DNA of 64,000 nucleotides from assembly GCA_964584965.1 (NCBI GenBank), contig CAZPBM010000023.1:713-64712 (forward strand), given 5' to 3'. The number at the start of each line of letters is the position of its first letter. The stretch's first letter is position 1. The translations under genes and the position numbers were made by a program. Below, piece by piece: positions 9,180-17,894 of this stretch. The DNA comes from an uncultured Candidatus Bathyarchaeia archaeon (GTDB lineage Archaea; Thermoproteota; Bathyarchaeia; Bathyarchaeales; DTEX01). The notes under the pieces are model-generated. The model did not search any database and had not been told where the DNA came from. It saw only the letters and a program-made list of their open reading frames with translations.

Positions 9180-10274
9180 CTAGGGTACCTTTACAGGGAC
9201 CTCCATAGGTGATGTAACTGGTTTTTCCTTTGGAATTTGTGGGTAAGTGAACTGTTTTCCCTCATAATTTTTCATGATGACCTGATTTTCCTCGAGGCTT
9301 ATAAGGTATCTTGGGAGAATAGGTATCTTTCCTCCACCACCTGGTGCGTCTATAACATATCTTGGAACAGCGAAACCAGAAGTGTAACCTGTAAGGTCTT
9401 CAATTATTTTAAGTCCTGTTTCTACTCTTGTTCTGAAGTGATAGGTGCCTTTAACAAGATCCATTTGAAAGAGATAGTAGGGTTTGACTCTGATCTTCAG
9501 AAGCTTTTGAACAAGGCTTTTCATAGTTTCAGAGTTGTCGTTGATTCCTTTAAGAAGCACTGACTGGTTGCCAAGAGGGATTCCTGCATCAGCAAGCAGT
9601 CCGCATGCCCTAGAGCTTTCTTCAGTTATTTCCCTTGGGTGGTTAAAATGCACATTAACGTATAATGGGTGGAACTTCTTTAACATGTTGCACAATTTTG
9701 GCGTTATTCTTTCTGGTAATGTGCAGGGTACTCTCGTTCCAATTCTTAGAATTTCGACATGTGGAATTGCTCTTAGACTTTTCAGTAAGAACTCAATTGT
9801 ATTGTCGGGTAACAGTAGGGGGTCTCCTCCTGACAACAGGACGTCTCTAATAGCTGGGGTTCTCTGAACGTAGCTTATTTGTTCAAGCAAAACTTCCTTT
9901 GAAAGGTTAATCAGTGGTAAGCCAACCCTCCTTTTTCTGGTGCAAAATCTACAGTACATTGCGCAGCTGTTTGATACGCACATTAAAACTCGGTCAGGGT
10001 AGCGGTGAACTAAGCCAGTTGTGGGGCTGTCGCCTTCTTCATTCAACGGGTCTTCAGTGCCGTATGGATCTTGTAATTCAAGTGGGCTTGGAATACATTG
10101 TTTCCAGATTGGATCGTCGACTTCTTCTATTAGGTTAAAGTAGTATCTTGAAACTTTCATCGGGTACTTAGCGACAACGCTGTCCAAAGCTTTTGTGTCA
10201 ACAGAAAATTTTTCGAGGAGTTGATGAGGTTTAGTTATACATTCAGAAAGACTTTTTTTCCAACCTTCAACCAT
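9180..10274 (-). CDS. KamA family radical SAM protein (lysine 2,3-aminomutase-like)
   Basis: The radical SAM cluster motif is CAMYCRFCTRKRR. SGGDPLL, HFNHPREITEES, GNQSVLLKGIND and VIDAPGGGGK (PLP lysine) closely follow clostridial KamA. Confidence 0.85.
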   Translation of the reverse strand: MVEGWKKSLSECITKPHQLLEKFSVDTKALDSVVAKYPMKVSRYYFNLIEEVDDPIWKQCIPSPLELQDPYGTEDPLNEEGDSPTTGLVHRYPDRVLMCVSNSCAMYCRFCTRKRRVGLPLINLSKEVLLEQISYVQRTPAIRDVLLSGGDPLLLPDNTIEFLLKSLRAIPHVEILRIGTRVPCTLPERITPKLCNMLKKFHPLYVNVHFNHPREITEESSRACGLLADAGIPLGNQSVLLKGINDNSETMKSLVQKLLKIRVKPYYLFQMDLVKGTYHFRTRVETGLKIIEDLTGYTSGFAVPRYVIDAPGGGGKIPILPRYLISLEENQVIMKNYEGKQFTYPQIPKEKPVTSPMEVPVKVP

Positions 10275-10487
10275 TTTGTTGTAACACGCGCTGTGACACT
10301 TTCATGCCACGAAAAAAATATGCGATTCTGTACGTGCTTTTAAATCTTTCTATTATGTTTGTCTCAAATACAATAAAGATAGTTTTTTGGAAAAAACAAT
10401 AACATTTTGTGATTACGGATTGTGTTCACGATGTGTGCCTTATCCTTATATGTCAACACATGAAGTTTCTCATTAAGGTGAAAATTA

Positions 10488-11819
10488 ATGGACACTGTAA
10501 ACGTTCAGTCCGGATCAATGGAGGTTCTCGACAGAGTGGAAGGTGACCTTAACTTAGCTAATGGAGCGACGATTAGGGCAAAAGATTCCAAAAAAGTTCT
10601 GGTTACAGGAATTGTTCAGTATGATGGTGACTGCGTCTTTGAATGTAGTCTTTTTGCTAATTCAATAAGAGGAAGAAACGGAAATCTCACAATTCAAGGG
10701 GATTTAGAGGTTGAAAAAGCTATTAAAATACATGAAGGCAGTCTTAGGGTTGAAGGGAACCTAGAAACAGTAGATATTGAGGTTGATAAAAGCGTCGTAA
10801 TTGAGAGAAATCTTTCTGCTGAGATCGTTGAAGTTGGTGGAAAACTCTCAGTTGGGGGAAACACTAAAGCAAACGAAGTAGAAGTTGGTGGAACCTTTGA
10901 GACAAAGGGCGACATTGCAGCTCAAAAACTGGAGGTTGGCGGAACAGCGAAAATAGAAGGCTCCACAACCGTTTCAAAGATTGATGTTGGTGGCACGTTT
11001 TATGGAAAGGGAACAGTAAAAGCTGAAAAAATAGATGTTGGAGGCACGTACACATGTGAATCAAACATGGACATCGAAGAATTATGTGTTGGAGGAACAG
11101 CGAAGATCGTAGGAGGTAAAATAAAAGGAAGAGTTAACGTCGGTGGAAGCTTTGATTCCAGCAAACCATTAATTTTTGAAGTTATCGATGTTGGTGGAAA
11201 AGTTGAACTCCGAGGCGAAAGCGAAGGAAAAAAAGTTTCAGTGGGCGGAGCCCTACGTACTGAAGGTAACCTGAAGTTCGAGGATGTCGATGTTGGCGGA
11301 ACCGTGGAGATTCACGGAGACGCTGTAGGTGAAACGATTGATGTAGGCGGCAAACTTTCTGTTGAGAAAACCATAAAACTGTCTGGTAAATTAGCGGTTG
11401 GAGGAGTAGCTGAGGCTGGCAACGAGATTCTTGCTGAGTCGATTGGTGTTGGCGGTTTATTAAAGGCTCAAAAAGTTGAGGCAGCTTCTTCTGTTGACGT
11501 CGGCGGAAGAATAGAAACCGTTTATGGAACAAAAGCTGCGAAAGTTGAGATTGGAAGAAAAGGTAAAATCATTGGGGTTGTTGTAGCGAAAGAAGTGATT
11601 ATTGAGGAAAAAGCCGAAGTCGAAGACATATATGCCGAATATCTTACTATGGAAGAAGGGTCAACTGCAAAAAACGTGTATGCAAAGAAGATCCGCTTGG
11701 AAAGAGAATGTAAGATAACTGGAGAATTACGCTACACTGATGAGTTGAGAAAAGACCCGACCGTAACCTTATCCAAGGAATCAGTTAAAGTCACAGAACT
11801 TCCCCCTCCTCCAATTTAA
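10488..11819 (+). CDS. Bactofilin-like (polymer-forming cytoskeletal, beta-helical repeat) protein
   Basis: The protein is 443 aa. VGG recurs with a 17-residue period across aa 116-340 (pattern [DE]VGG[TK]...), as expected for stacked beta-helix turns of the bactofilin/DUF583 type. The C-terminus ends in the proline-rich ELPPPPI. GGTGA lies 8 nt upstream of the ATG. Confidence 0.65.
   Translation: MDTVNVQSGSMEVLDRVEGDLNLANGATIRAKDSKKVLVTGIVQYDGDCVFECSLFANSIRGRNGNLTIQGDLEVEKAIKIHEGSLRVEGNLETVDIEVDKSVVIERNLSAEIVEVGGKLSVGGNTKANEVEVGGTFETKGDIAAQKLEVGGTAKIEGSTTVSKIDVGGTFYGKGTVKAEKIDVGGTYTCESNMDIEELCVGGTAKIVGGKIKGRVNVGGSFDSSKPLIFEVIDVGGKVELRGESEGKKVSVGGALRTEGNLKFEDVDVGGTVEIHGDAVGETIDVGGKLSVEKTIKLSGKLAVGGVAEAGNEILAESIGVGGLLKAQKVEAASSVDVGGRIETVYGTKAAKVEIGRKGKIIGVVVAKEVIIEEKAEVEDIYAEYLTMEEGSTAKNVYAKKIRLERECKITGELRYTDELRKDPTVTLSKESVKVTELPPPPI
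10833..11507 (+). repeat. Intragenic 51-nt (17-codon) periodic repeat array, about 13-14 units
   Basis: The first residue of VGG falls at aa 116, 133, 150, 167, 184, 201, 218, 235, 252, 269, 286, 304, 321 and 338. The matching DNA shows recurring gttggtgg / gttggcgg / gttggagg strings. Confidence 0.8.
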
Positions 11820-12091
11820 GCTTCAAACTTTTTTGCTAAGACCCAGAAACTTGAGTACGCCTATGCTATATTAAGAGCCGGCATTTCGTCTAGCTGTGAC
11901 TGTTTTGAACGACGTAAACTCTTGCTTGAGATTGGGACAATTACTTTTGTATTAAAAATTGGCGGAGACAACCCGTCATTTCAGAAAAACAAGTCTTTCA
12001 ACAGTTTGGCTGTAAGAGATTATAAGCATGGTCGTTCATAACGTTTCTTGAAAAATAGCATTAGTTGTTCTAAAAAATATTAAAAAGGGAT

Positions 12092-12370
12092 TTGAAGATA
12101 GTTTCGTGGTGGCGCGAACTGGTTAGACGGACAAGATATGAGATTTACCTTGCTATTCTTGGGACGGTTAGAAGTAAAGGGGCTTGTCCAATTACGAGGT
12201 TGTCTTACGCTGCCCGTCTTCCTGTTGACAGAACCAAGAACGTGGTTGAGTTTTTGCTGTCTCGAGGACTTTTGAAAGAAGTAAACATTGGCGACAAAAA
12301 GCTTTATAGGATAACGAACAAGGGAGGAGAGTTCCTCGAAGCCCTACGGGTTGTCAGAAAATTCGTTTAA
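12092..12370 (+). CDS. Winged-helix DNA-binding protein (small archaeal wHTH regulator)
   Basis: The 92-aa protein reads RYEIYLAILGTVRSKGACPITRLSYAARLPVDRTKNVVEFLLSRGLLKEV...YRITNKGGEFLEAL, a typical wHTH layout. It starts at TTG. Confidence 0.6.
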   Translation: MKIVSWWRELVRRTRYEIYLAILGTVRSKGACPITRLSYAARLPVDRTKNVVEFLLSRGLLKEVNIGDKKLYRITNKGGEFLEALRVVRKFV

Positions 12371-12381
12371 CGTTTACTATG

Positions 12382-12798
12382 TTATGAGGCTTCTTCTTTC
12401 AGTTTTTCTTCGAGGCTTTTGACCTTTCCATGCTCTAAGACTGTTATCTTTGTTTGAAGGTGAACTCTGAGGCCTAGACGGCGGAAAAGCCCATAAAGAT
12501 CTCCACCAGAAATTTGGGTTTTAAGCTTTCCAGCTTTAATAAGATTTACGAGCGTGTTCTCTACGTGTTCAGCTGCTTGCGGGTACTGGGCCTTGGCTGC
12601 ATTAAGGACCTCCCAAGCTCTGTCCACAAAAAAGCGGTTTAAGATTTCTTGTTTGTTAACTGCTTGTTCCTCTTTAACCTCGGTCTCGGTTTTTCTTTCA
12701 AGCTGCCTTTTGAGTTCAAGCAGCTTTTTCCGCCTTAAGGATTCAAGTTCCCGATCAGACATAAATTTTAAGCCCGCCTTGTCCGTGCAGTGTAACAA
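12382..12798 (-). CDS. PDCD5/TFAR19-like DNA-binding protein
   Basis: LESLRRKKLLELKRQLE is followed by a charged linker and then a helical bundle (ILNRFFVDRAWEVLNAAKAQYPQAAEHVENTLVNLIKAGKL), as in archaeal PDCD5 homologs. The likely start is MSDRE at 12762. Confidence 0.55.
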   Translation of the reverse strand: MLHCTDKAGLKFMSDRELESLRRKKLLELKRQLERKTETEVKEEQAVNKQEILNRFFVDRAWEVLNAAKAQYPQAAEHVENTLVNLIKAGKLKTQISGGDLYGLFRRLGLRVHLQTKITVLEHGKVKSLEEKLKEEAS

Positions 12799-12916
12799 GA
12801 ATATTTGGTTGGTTCTGTTAAGTTTTTTGTTTTAGTACTTGAACGGCGCAGGTTGTCTTGCATCTCAATCTCGTTGAATTGCGAAAAAACTATCATACTG
12901 TTGGTGTTTGCTTCCT

Positions 12917-14191
12917 CTAAGATTGGTTCGTTAGCTTGTATCTCAGAATGGCTGCTATTCCGCCGAAGGATTTCCAAAGCATCTGTCCCTCCTCGGTTTC
13001 TGTGGAGATTACTTCAACGTTTGTGTTTGTCTGTTCAGCGAGTTCAGCCAGTTCATCCACTATATCTTTTCGTTCGCTTACTTGAAGCGTTGGAGTCTGA
13101 CATTTTGGGCATGGGACACCTGAGAAGGACTGCTCAAACTCAGCAACCTCTGTTGTCTTCATCGTTTTAAAGTAGGCGTGCCCGCATGAGGTGCATTCAA
13201 CCTTAACCCGCGTGGTGTTAAGGGCTTCTGAAAGAAGTAGCGTGTCAACTAGGTTTGCGTTCAAAGCTCTCCGGACTTCCTTTTCTCCGTAAGTTGCCAG
13301 TCCAGTATCATGCCCAATTTCGTAAAGGAATTTCTGGACAATCCTCTTTTCCTCAACGTATCTGACGTTTTTGATAATGTCGGGAGCTCTCTCAAGAATT
13401 TCGTCGATTCCCTGCTCACCTGTGTAAGCCGTGTCCACGATGGCGACGATTTTTTCCTTAAGCCTGTAGTCGATGTATCGACCCTTGTCAAAATCGTACT
13501 TTGTCGGTCCAGCACCCCCTAAGATGATGCCCTTAAGGTCCGGAATTAAGAGGAAATTCTCGTTTGCGTGCGTTCCCACACGTTTAAAAAATTCTTGAAC
13601 CTGCATTTCACGTAGTCTCTCGAACCTTCGGGCAGACTGTCCTCCTGCACGGTGCTTACCTGGAATTCCAGAGGTTATTTCTTCAATAATTTCCATCCTG
13701 GACCCTCGAAGGGCGGCAAAGGTAGCTGCGCTCGTGTCGATTAACAGGATTCCGTATGTTTCAGTTTCTTTCAGCAAATCCATAAGGTACTCAATATGAA
13801 ACTTGTTATCGCAACGGTAAAGGTAAATACCGATAGGCTCAGGCGGGATGACGACGTAGGGTCCTTCAATTCTTTCGCTTCCTAAGCCGTTTTGAGGAAT
13901 TGCGCCACAAAAAATGACCAACCCGTTTTCTGGAACGGTTCTGAAGAGCTTTAGACGCTGGATGACTTTGACAATTGCGTCTTGAACGTTCTTCCGAGTA
14001 GTATTTGACTTAATGTTTGAAGCTGTTCCCCACTCATCCTTAAGCATCTGGGCTACTTCGCTTATCTGGCGTCCAGGAGGAACATAAAGCGAAACAAGCT
14101 CCGTGCCCCTTCCCTCTTTGCGAGCCAGATAATCCAATGTCCTTTTTAAACGAAACCTTTCAAGCGATGTCCTCTTCTGGCTCATTACCAT
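12917..14191 (-). CDS. prf1: Peptide chain release factor aRF1
   Basis: The NIKS motif (TASNIKSNTTRKNV), the GGQ motif (HRAGGQSARRFERLR) and GTELVSLYVPP are all present. Length is 424 aa. Confidence 0.95.
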   Translation of the reverse strand: MVMSQKRTSLERFRLKRTLDYLARKEGRGTELVSLYVPPGRQISEVAQMLKDEWGTASNIKSNTTRKNVQDAIVKVIQRLKLFRTVPENGLVIFCGAIPQNGLGSERIEGPYVVIPPEPIGIYLYRCDNKFHIEYLMDLLKETETYGILLIDTSAATFAALRGSRMEIIEEITSGIPGKHRAGGQSARRFERLREMQVQEFFKRVGTHANENFLLIPDLKGIILGGAGPTKYDFDKGRYIDYRLKEKIVAIVDTAYTGEQGIDEILERAPDIIKNVRYVEEKRIVQKFLYEIGHDTGLATYGEKEVRRALNANLVDTLLLSEALNTTRVKVECTSCGHAYFKTMKTTEVAEFEQSFSGVPCPKCQTPTLQVSERKDIVDELAELAEQTNTNVEVISTETEEGQMLWKSFGGIAAILRYKLTNQS

Positions 14192-14312
14192 GAAACCCTC
14201 AACTTAAGATTCAACGTGAGTAATGCACGTTTCTAATCGGTCTTTAGATTACTTACCCTTGGCTAATTAAACATTTAGGCGTCATCTATGCGTTTCACTA
14301 AAAATCCTGTTT

Positions 14313-14570
14313 TTACGATGTTCTTTCAACTTCTCTTTCGACGCTTTTTAGGAGCTCAGGTTTTGTTAACATCAAAACTGCGAGAGAATGCGAGCATCTT
14401 CCTCTTTGGATGAATCCGGGACAGTTACAGTTTATTTCTCCGTTGATTTTTTGGGCAACCGTGTAGGTACCGTGTTCTCCAACCACGTTGTAGGCTCCTT
14501 CACCTATGTGTTCCACTTTCCTCTTTTGCAGAAGGTCGTAGGCTTTCTTAATCATCTTGTCTATCGGCAA
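14313..14570 (-). CDS. SWIM zinc-finger protein (stand-alone, 85 aa)
   Basis: CNCPGFIQRGRCSHSLAV matches the CxC-x(n)-CxH SWIM signature. Confidence 0.7.
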   Translation of the reverse strand: MPIDKMIKKAYDLLQKRKVEHIGEGAYNVVGEHGTYTVAQKINGEINCNCPGFIQRGRCSHSLAVLMLTKPELLKSVEREVERTS

Positions 14571-14663
14571 TCCCCTTCGCCGGCGTCAAAACTAAAATTC
14601 AATATTAATGCAATGTTATATAAAGTTGGCTGAACAGACTCTGGGTTCTTAATTTTAACGCGT

Positions 14664-15674
14664 CTATTTTTGGAGCCACTTTTTCTTGAGCTTGCATGCA
14701 ACCGTGTAAGCTGGGTCAAAAACGTTTCCAATATCGTATTCAATGCATTGTCCAAGCAAAATGTGCAAAGAACGATCTGTCAAGTCATAGTCTTCTTTAA
14801 GCCATCTTACCATCTCGGTTGTGGCAATCTGAAGAGCCTGGTCTAAAGGACAAGCGTTACCTACCGTTATCAAAAATTCTTGGGTCTCTGCACGTGGCCA
14901 GTTGATGGTTTTGTTCTTAATCACATTAACTGTAAATTGTACATCAAACGAAACTTCAATTCCAGTTCCGACAATTTCACCGTCCCCCTGAACCGCATGG
15001 CCGTCCCCAACAAAGAATAATGCGCCTCGAGTAAAAACTGGGAAATACACGGTTACTCCAGAGACGAAACCATTGTAATCCATGTTCCCTCCATATTGTC
15101 CAGAGGTAATAGACGAGATGGATTGGCCGTCTTCAGGAGCCACACCGATGCATCCAAGCAAGGGATTTAGGGGCAAAACGATTTGCCCAATCTTGGTTTC
15201 CGGGCTAAGCAAAGTGGCAGTCCCTTTTTCAAGGTCCAATCTCCACTCTGCAGTTACGCGTGGTTCCTTCTGCAGAAACTCAGAAATATAACGCGGCTCC
15301 AAAACATGAGGTGCAATAACAGTTGACGACCTTCCCAATTGTCTGTTTGGCCACAGACGGTTCAACTGAACTGCCAAAACATCTCCAAGTTCAGCTCCCT
15401 CAACGTAGAATGGTCCGGTTAACGGGTTTGGGCCAGAAGCGACCTGTTTGTCATTTAAGTCTCTTCCCGCATTATCCACTGTTTTAGTGATAACAGTGTC
15501 TTCATCCTCTATTCTCAGAACAGGCTCATAGGAACCAAACGCTTTGTAATATTTTTTAGGTTCAAACTCATACACGGTCATTATTTCACTTCTTTTTATT
15601 TTGCTCATTTTATTATCAGTTTTTTGCTTGAATGGTTTCAATCTATTGGTTTCATGTATATTTAACATTAGCAC
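14664..15674 (-). CDS. Acetamidase/formamidase family protein
   Basis: GNMDYNGFVSGVTVYFPVFTRGALFFVGDGHAVQGDGEIVGTGIE is the FmdA/AmdA family core. The start may be downstream, at MSKIK 15608 or MTVYEF 15581. Confidence 0.85.
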   Translation of the reverse strand: MLMLNIHETNRLKPFKQKTDNKMSKIKRSEIMTVYEFEPKKYYKAFGSYEPVLRIEDEDTVITKTVDNAGRDLNDKQVASGPNPLTGPFYVEGAELGDVLAVQLNRLWPNRQLGRSSTVIAPHVLEPRYISEFLQKEPRVTAEWRLDLEKGTATLLSPETKIGQIVLPLNPLLGCIGVAPEDGQSISSITSGQYGGNMDYNGFVSGVTVYFPVFTRGALFFVGDGHAVQGDGEIVGTGIEVSFDVQFTVNVIKNKTINWPRAETQEFLITVGNACPLDQALQIATTEMVRWLKEDYDLTDRSLHILLGQCIEYDIGNVFDPAYTVACKLKKKWLQK

Positions 15675-15782
15675 CCTTTTTTATCTAAAAGTGTTTCATT
15701 ATACGCAATTATTTTTATTATGATTTGTTGTTATCTAAGGGTTGATGAGAAAATTAGTTAAAAGGCACATGGTTCTTATATA

Positions 15783-17069
15783 TTGTTTGTGTGCGAGTCG
15801 GGAAAGTGGGACATGAAACATCTTATCGTCGGAATTGATCCTGGCGTAACCGTGGGTTTGGCCGTGCTCACGTTAAATGGTGAGTCTGTGCTGACTGAAA
15901 GCAGACGCAGCTGGAGCTTCTCTGACTTGATTAAGGCAATCTCAGAGTTAGGTGAAGCCACAATAGTCTCCAGCGACGTTTCCCCTGCTTCTGAGCTTCT
16001 AGAACGGATTTCGCATAAACTGAACGCTGTGCTCTTTGTCCCGTTGTCTTCAATGGCTGCCAACGAGAAACGACAAATAGCGAAGGAATATGCTCAAAAT
16101 TTCGAGTTCAAGATCAGAAATGTTCATGAGGCTGATGCTTTAGCAGCAGCAGTAAAGGCTTACAGACATTACCAAACAAGGTTAGAGCAGGTGGAAGAAA
16201 AATTGAAACGGTTAGGTCTTGATCCTCTCGTTGATGAAGTGAAAAACCTTGTAGTAAGGGGATACACTGTAAAAAGAGCGGTTCAGATGCTTCAAGACAC
16301 TAAACGCGTTAATTCTCCAAAAATTGTGAAGAAGGCGGTTCCAAGAGAAGAGCACTTAAAGGACATGATTGCCGAGCTTGAGGTGAGGTTGAGCTGGGAA
16401 CAACAAAAAGCCGAATCTCTCAGACTGGAAAACAGGGAACTTCGGATAAAGCTGAAAACCTTAGAGTCTGAAATTGCTTCCTTAAAAAATGCTATTGAAA
16501 AAGAGAGAAGTAGGCAGCAAATAGAGATTAGGCGTGAAAGAGAGTATGAAGTCTTGTCGGATGAGCTCCAAAAAGCCAAGGCTAGGCTGTCTGATCTTTA
16601 TGTGCAACTTGAAGATTACAAGCATCGTTTCGATGAGGTGCAAAGGCTTAGAGAGCAAGAATCACAAGGAAAAACAGTTCTTCTTAAGCCGATTGAAGCC
16701 TTTACAGAGAACGGGTTGCAAAAAGCCTTCTATCTTTACGGCATAAAAGCGGGCGACTCAGTTTTACTTCTCAACCCAAGCGGAGGGGGCGCCGTGACCG
16801 CTGAAAAATTGTCTAAGAGGGGCATTAGGGTAGTTGTCGCCCAAGGGTCAATGTCGCATCAAGCCCAAGAAGTCTTTACGCAGTACAGAGTTCCAGTAGT
16901 TTCTGCTGAACGTCTGAAAGTAGAATGGCTAGATGGGTTACCGTACGTTAATTCAGAAGCCCTTAGGAAGGTTGTGAAAGAGTCTAGCCAAACAGAGGTT
17001 GTAAAAGCATACGAGGAAATTAGAACTCTTTTAGAAAATCACCGAAAAGAGATTACTGGAAAAGATTAG
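15783..17069 (+). CDS. DUF460 domain protein (RNase-H-like N-domain plus long coiled coil)
   Basis: The N-terminus IVGIDPGVTVGLAVLTLNGE is typical of archaeal DUF460. The central part is a heptad-rich E/K/R/L segment (aa ~190-290). The likely start is MKHLIVG at 15813. Confidence 0.7.
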   Translation: MFVCESGKWDMKHLIVGIDPGVTVGLAVLTLNGESVLTESRRSWSFSDLIKAISELGEATIVSSDVSPASELLERISHKLNAVLFVPLSSMAANEKRQIAKEYAQNFEFKIRNVHEADALAAAVKAYRHYQTRLEQVEEKLKRLGLDPLVDEVKNLVVRGYTVKRAVQMLQDTKRVNSPKIVKKAVPREEHLKDMIAELEVRLSWEQQKAESLRLENRELRIKLKTLESEIASLKNAIEKERSRQQIEIRREREYEVLSDELQKAKARLSDLYVQLEDYKHRFDEVQRLREQESQGKTVLLKPIEAFTENGLQKAFYLYGIKAGDSVLLLNPSGGGAVTAEKLSKRGIRVVVAQGSMSHQAQEVFTQYRVPVVSAERLKVEWLDGLPYVNSEALRKVVKESSQTEVVKAYEEIRTLLENHRKEITGKD

Positions 17070-17078
17070 TTTGAATAC

Positions 17079-17714
17079 TTATCCATGTTTTTTAGAAGCG
17101 CAGTGGCTTTGGACGGGGCAGTTGAGGCACTTACGTTTTTTGCAGTATTCCAAGTTAAGCCTTACAAGGGCTGACTCGTGGGTTTCAATATCTTCTAACC
17201 CGATTTTTTGGGCTGTTTCTATTGCCATTTTTGATGGCTTTGGTTTTGCTTTTTCCCATTTTCCTCTAAGTTCTCTGAGAAAAATGTTGACGCAAACCGG
17301 TCCTACGCCTTTAAACTCCATAAGCTTTTTCTCAAGGTCAGATGGGCTGTTTGACTGTTGATGGAGTTTTTCAAGGTCTCCATACTTCTTTTTAAGGTCT
17401 TTCATGATTGCTAGCAAGTTTGAAGCTGTAGAAAAATCGTACCTTACATATCCTCCTGAATCCAGAACCTCAACTAAACGATCCCATCCAGCGTCCAAGA
17501 TGCTGTCAGGCGTGGTTAAGCCTGCATCTTCAAATTTGCGGAAGGTTTTATTCGCAATCTCAGCTGAGATTCTCTTGGCAAAAAGTATGGAAGCCAGAAA
17601 CCATTTGAACCTGTCTTCTGGCTTAGTCAAATTCAAACCTAATTCTTCAGCGTAACTTCTCAGTTTTCCAAGCTGGCTATTTACAGTTAGAAATTTTTCG
17701 CCCTCTTTTTTCAT
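17079..17714 (-). CDS. HhH-GPD superfamily base-excision repair protein (endonuclease III-like) with C-terminal 4-Cys cluster
   Basis: The helix-hairpin-helix reads FKGVGPVCVNIFLRELR. The C-terminal CKKRKCLNCPVQSHC (C-x4-C-x2-C-x5-C) resembles the EndoIII iron-sulfur cluster loop. Confidence 0.5.
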   Translation of the reverse strand: MKKEGEKFLTVNSQLGKLRSYAEELGLNLTKPEDRFKWFLASILFAKRISAEIANKTFRKFEDAGLTTPDSILDAGWDRLVEVLDSGGYVRYDFSTASNLLAIMKDLKKKYGDLEKLHQQSNSPSDLEKKLMEFKGVGPVCVNIFLRELRGKWEKAKPKPSKMAIETAQKIGLEDIETHESALVRLNLEYCKKRKCLNCPVQSHCASKKHG

Positions 17715-17894
17715 ACTAATTTTTCCTATAAATTATTTATATCTAGATTTAAAAATACATTCTTGATTATTTGCACGGTTCTATTTAAGTCTAGATTGAA
17801 AGTGTTTTTGATACTAGAATAATATTATAGGCTTTATAACCGTAAGGCCAATTATCTCCGCAAGAGAAGCTAAAATGAATTTAGGAATATGATG

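Noticed and set aside
12768-13170. Track ORFs 12768-12977 (-) and 12805-13170 (+) lie between the PDCD5-like gene and aRF1.
   Set aside because: They overlap the well-supported aRF1 3' end and each other, and their composition is not protein-like. The gap most likely holds only the short intergenic and promoter region of the PDCD5-like gene.
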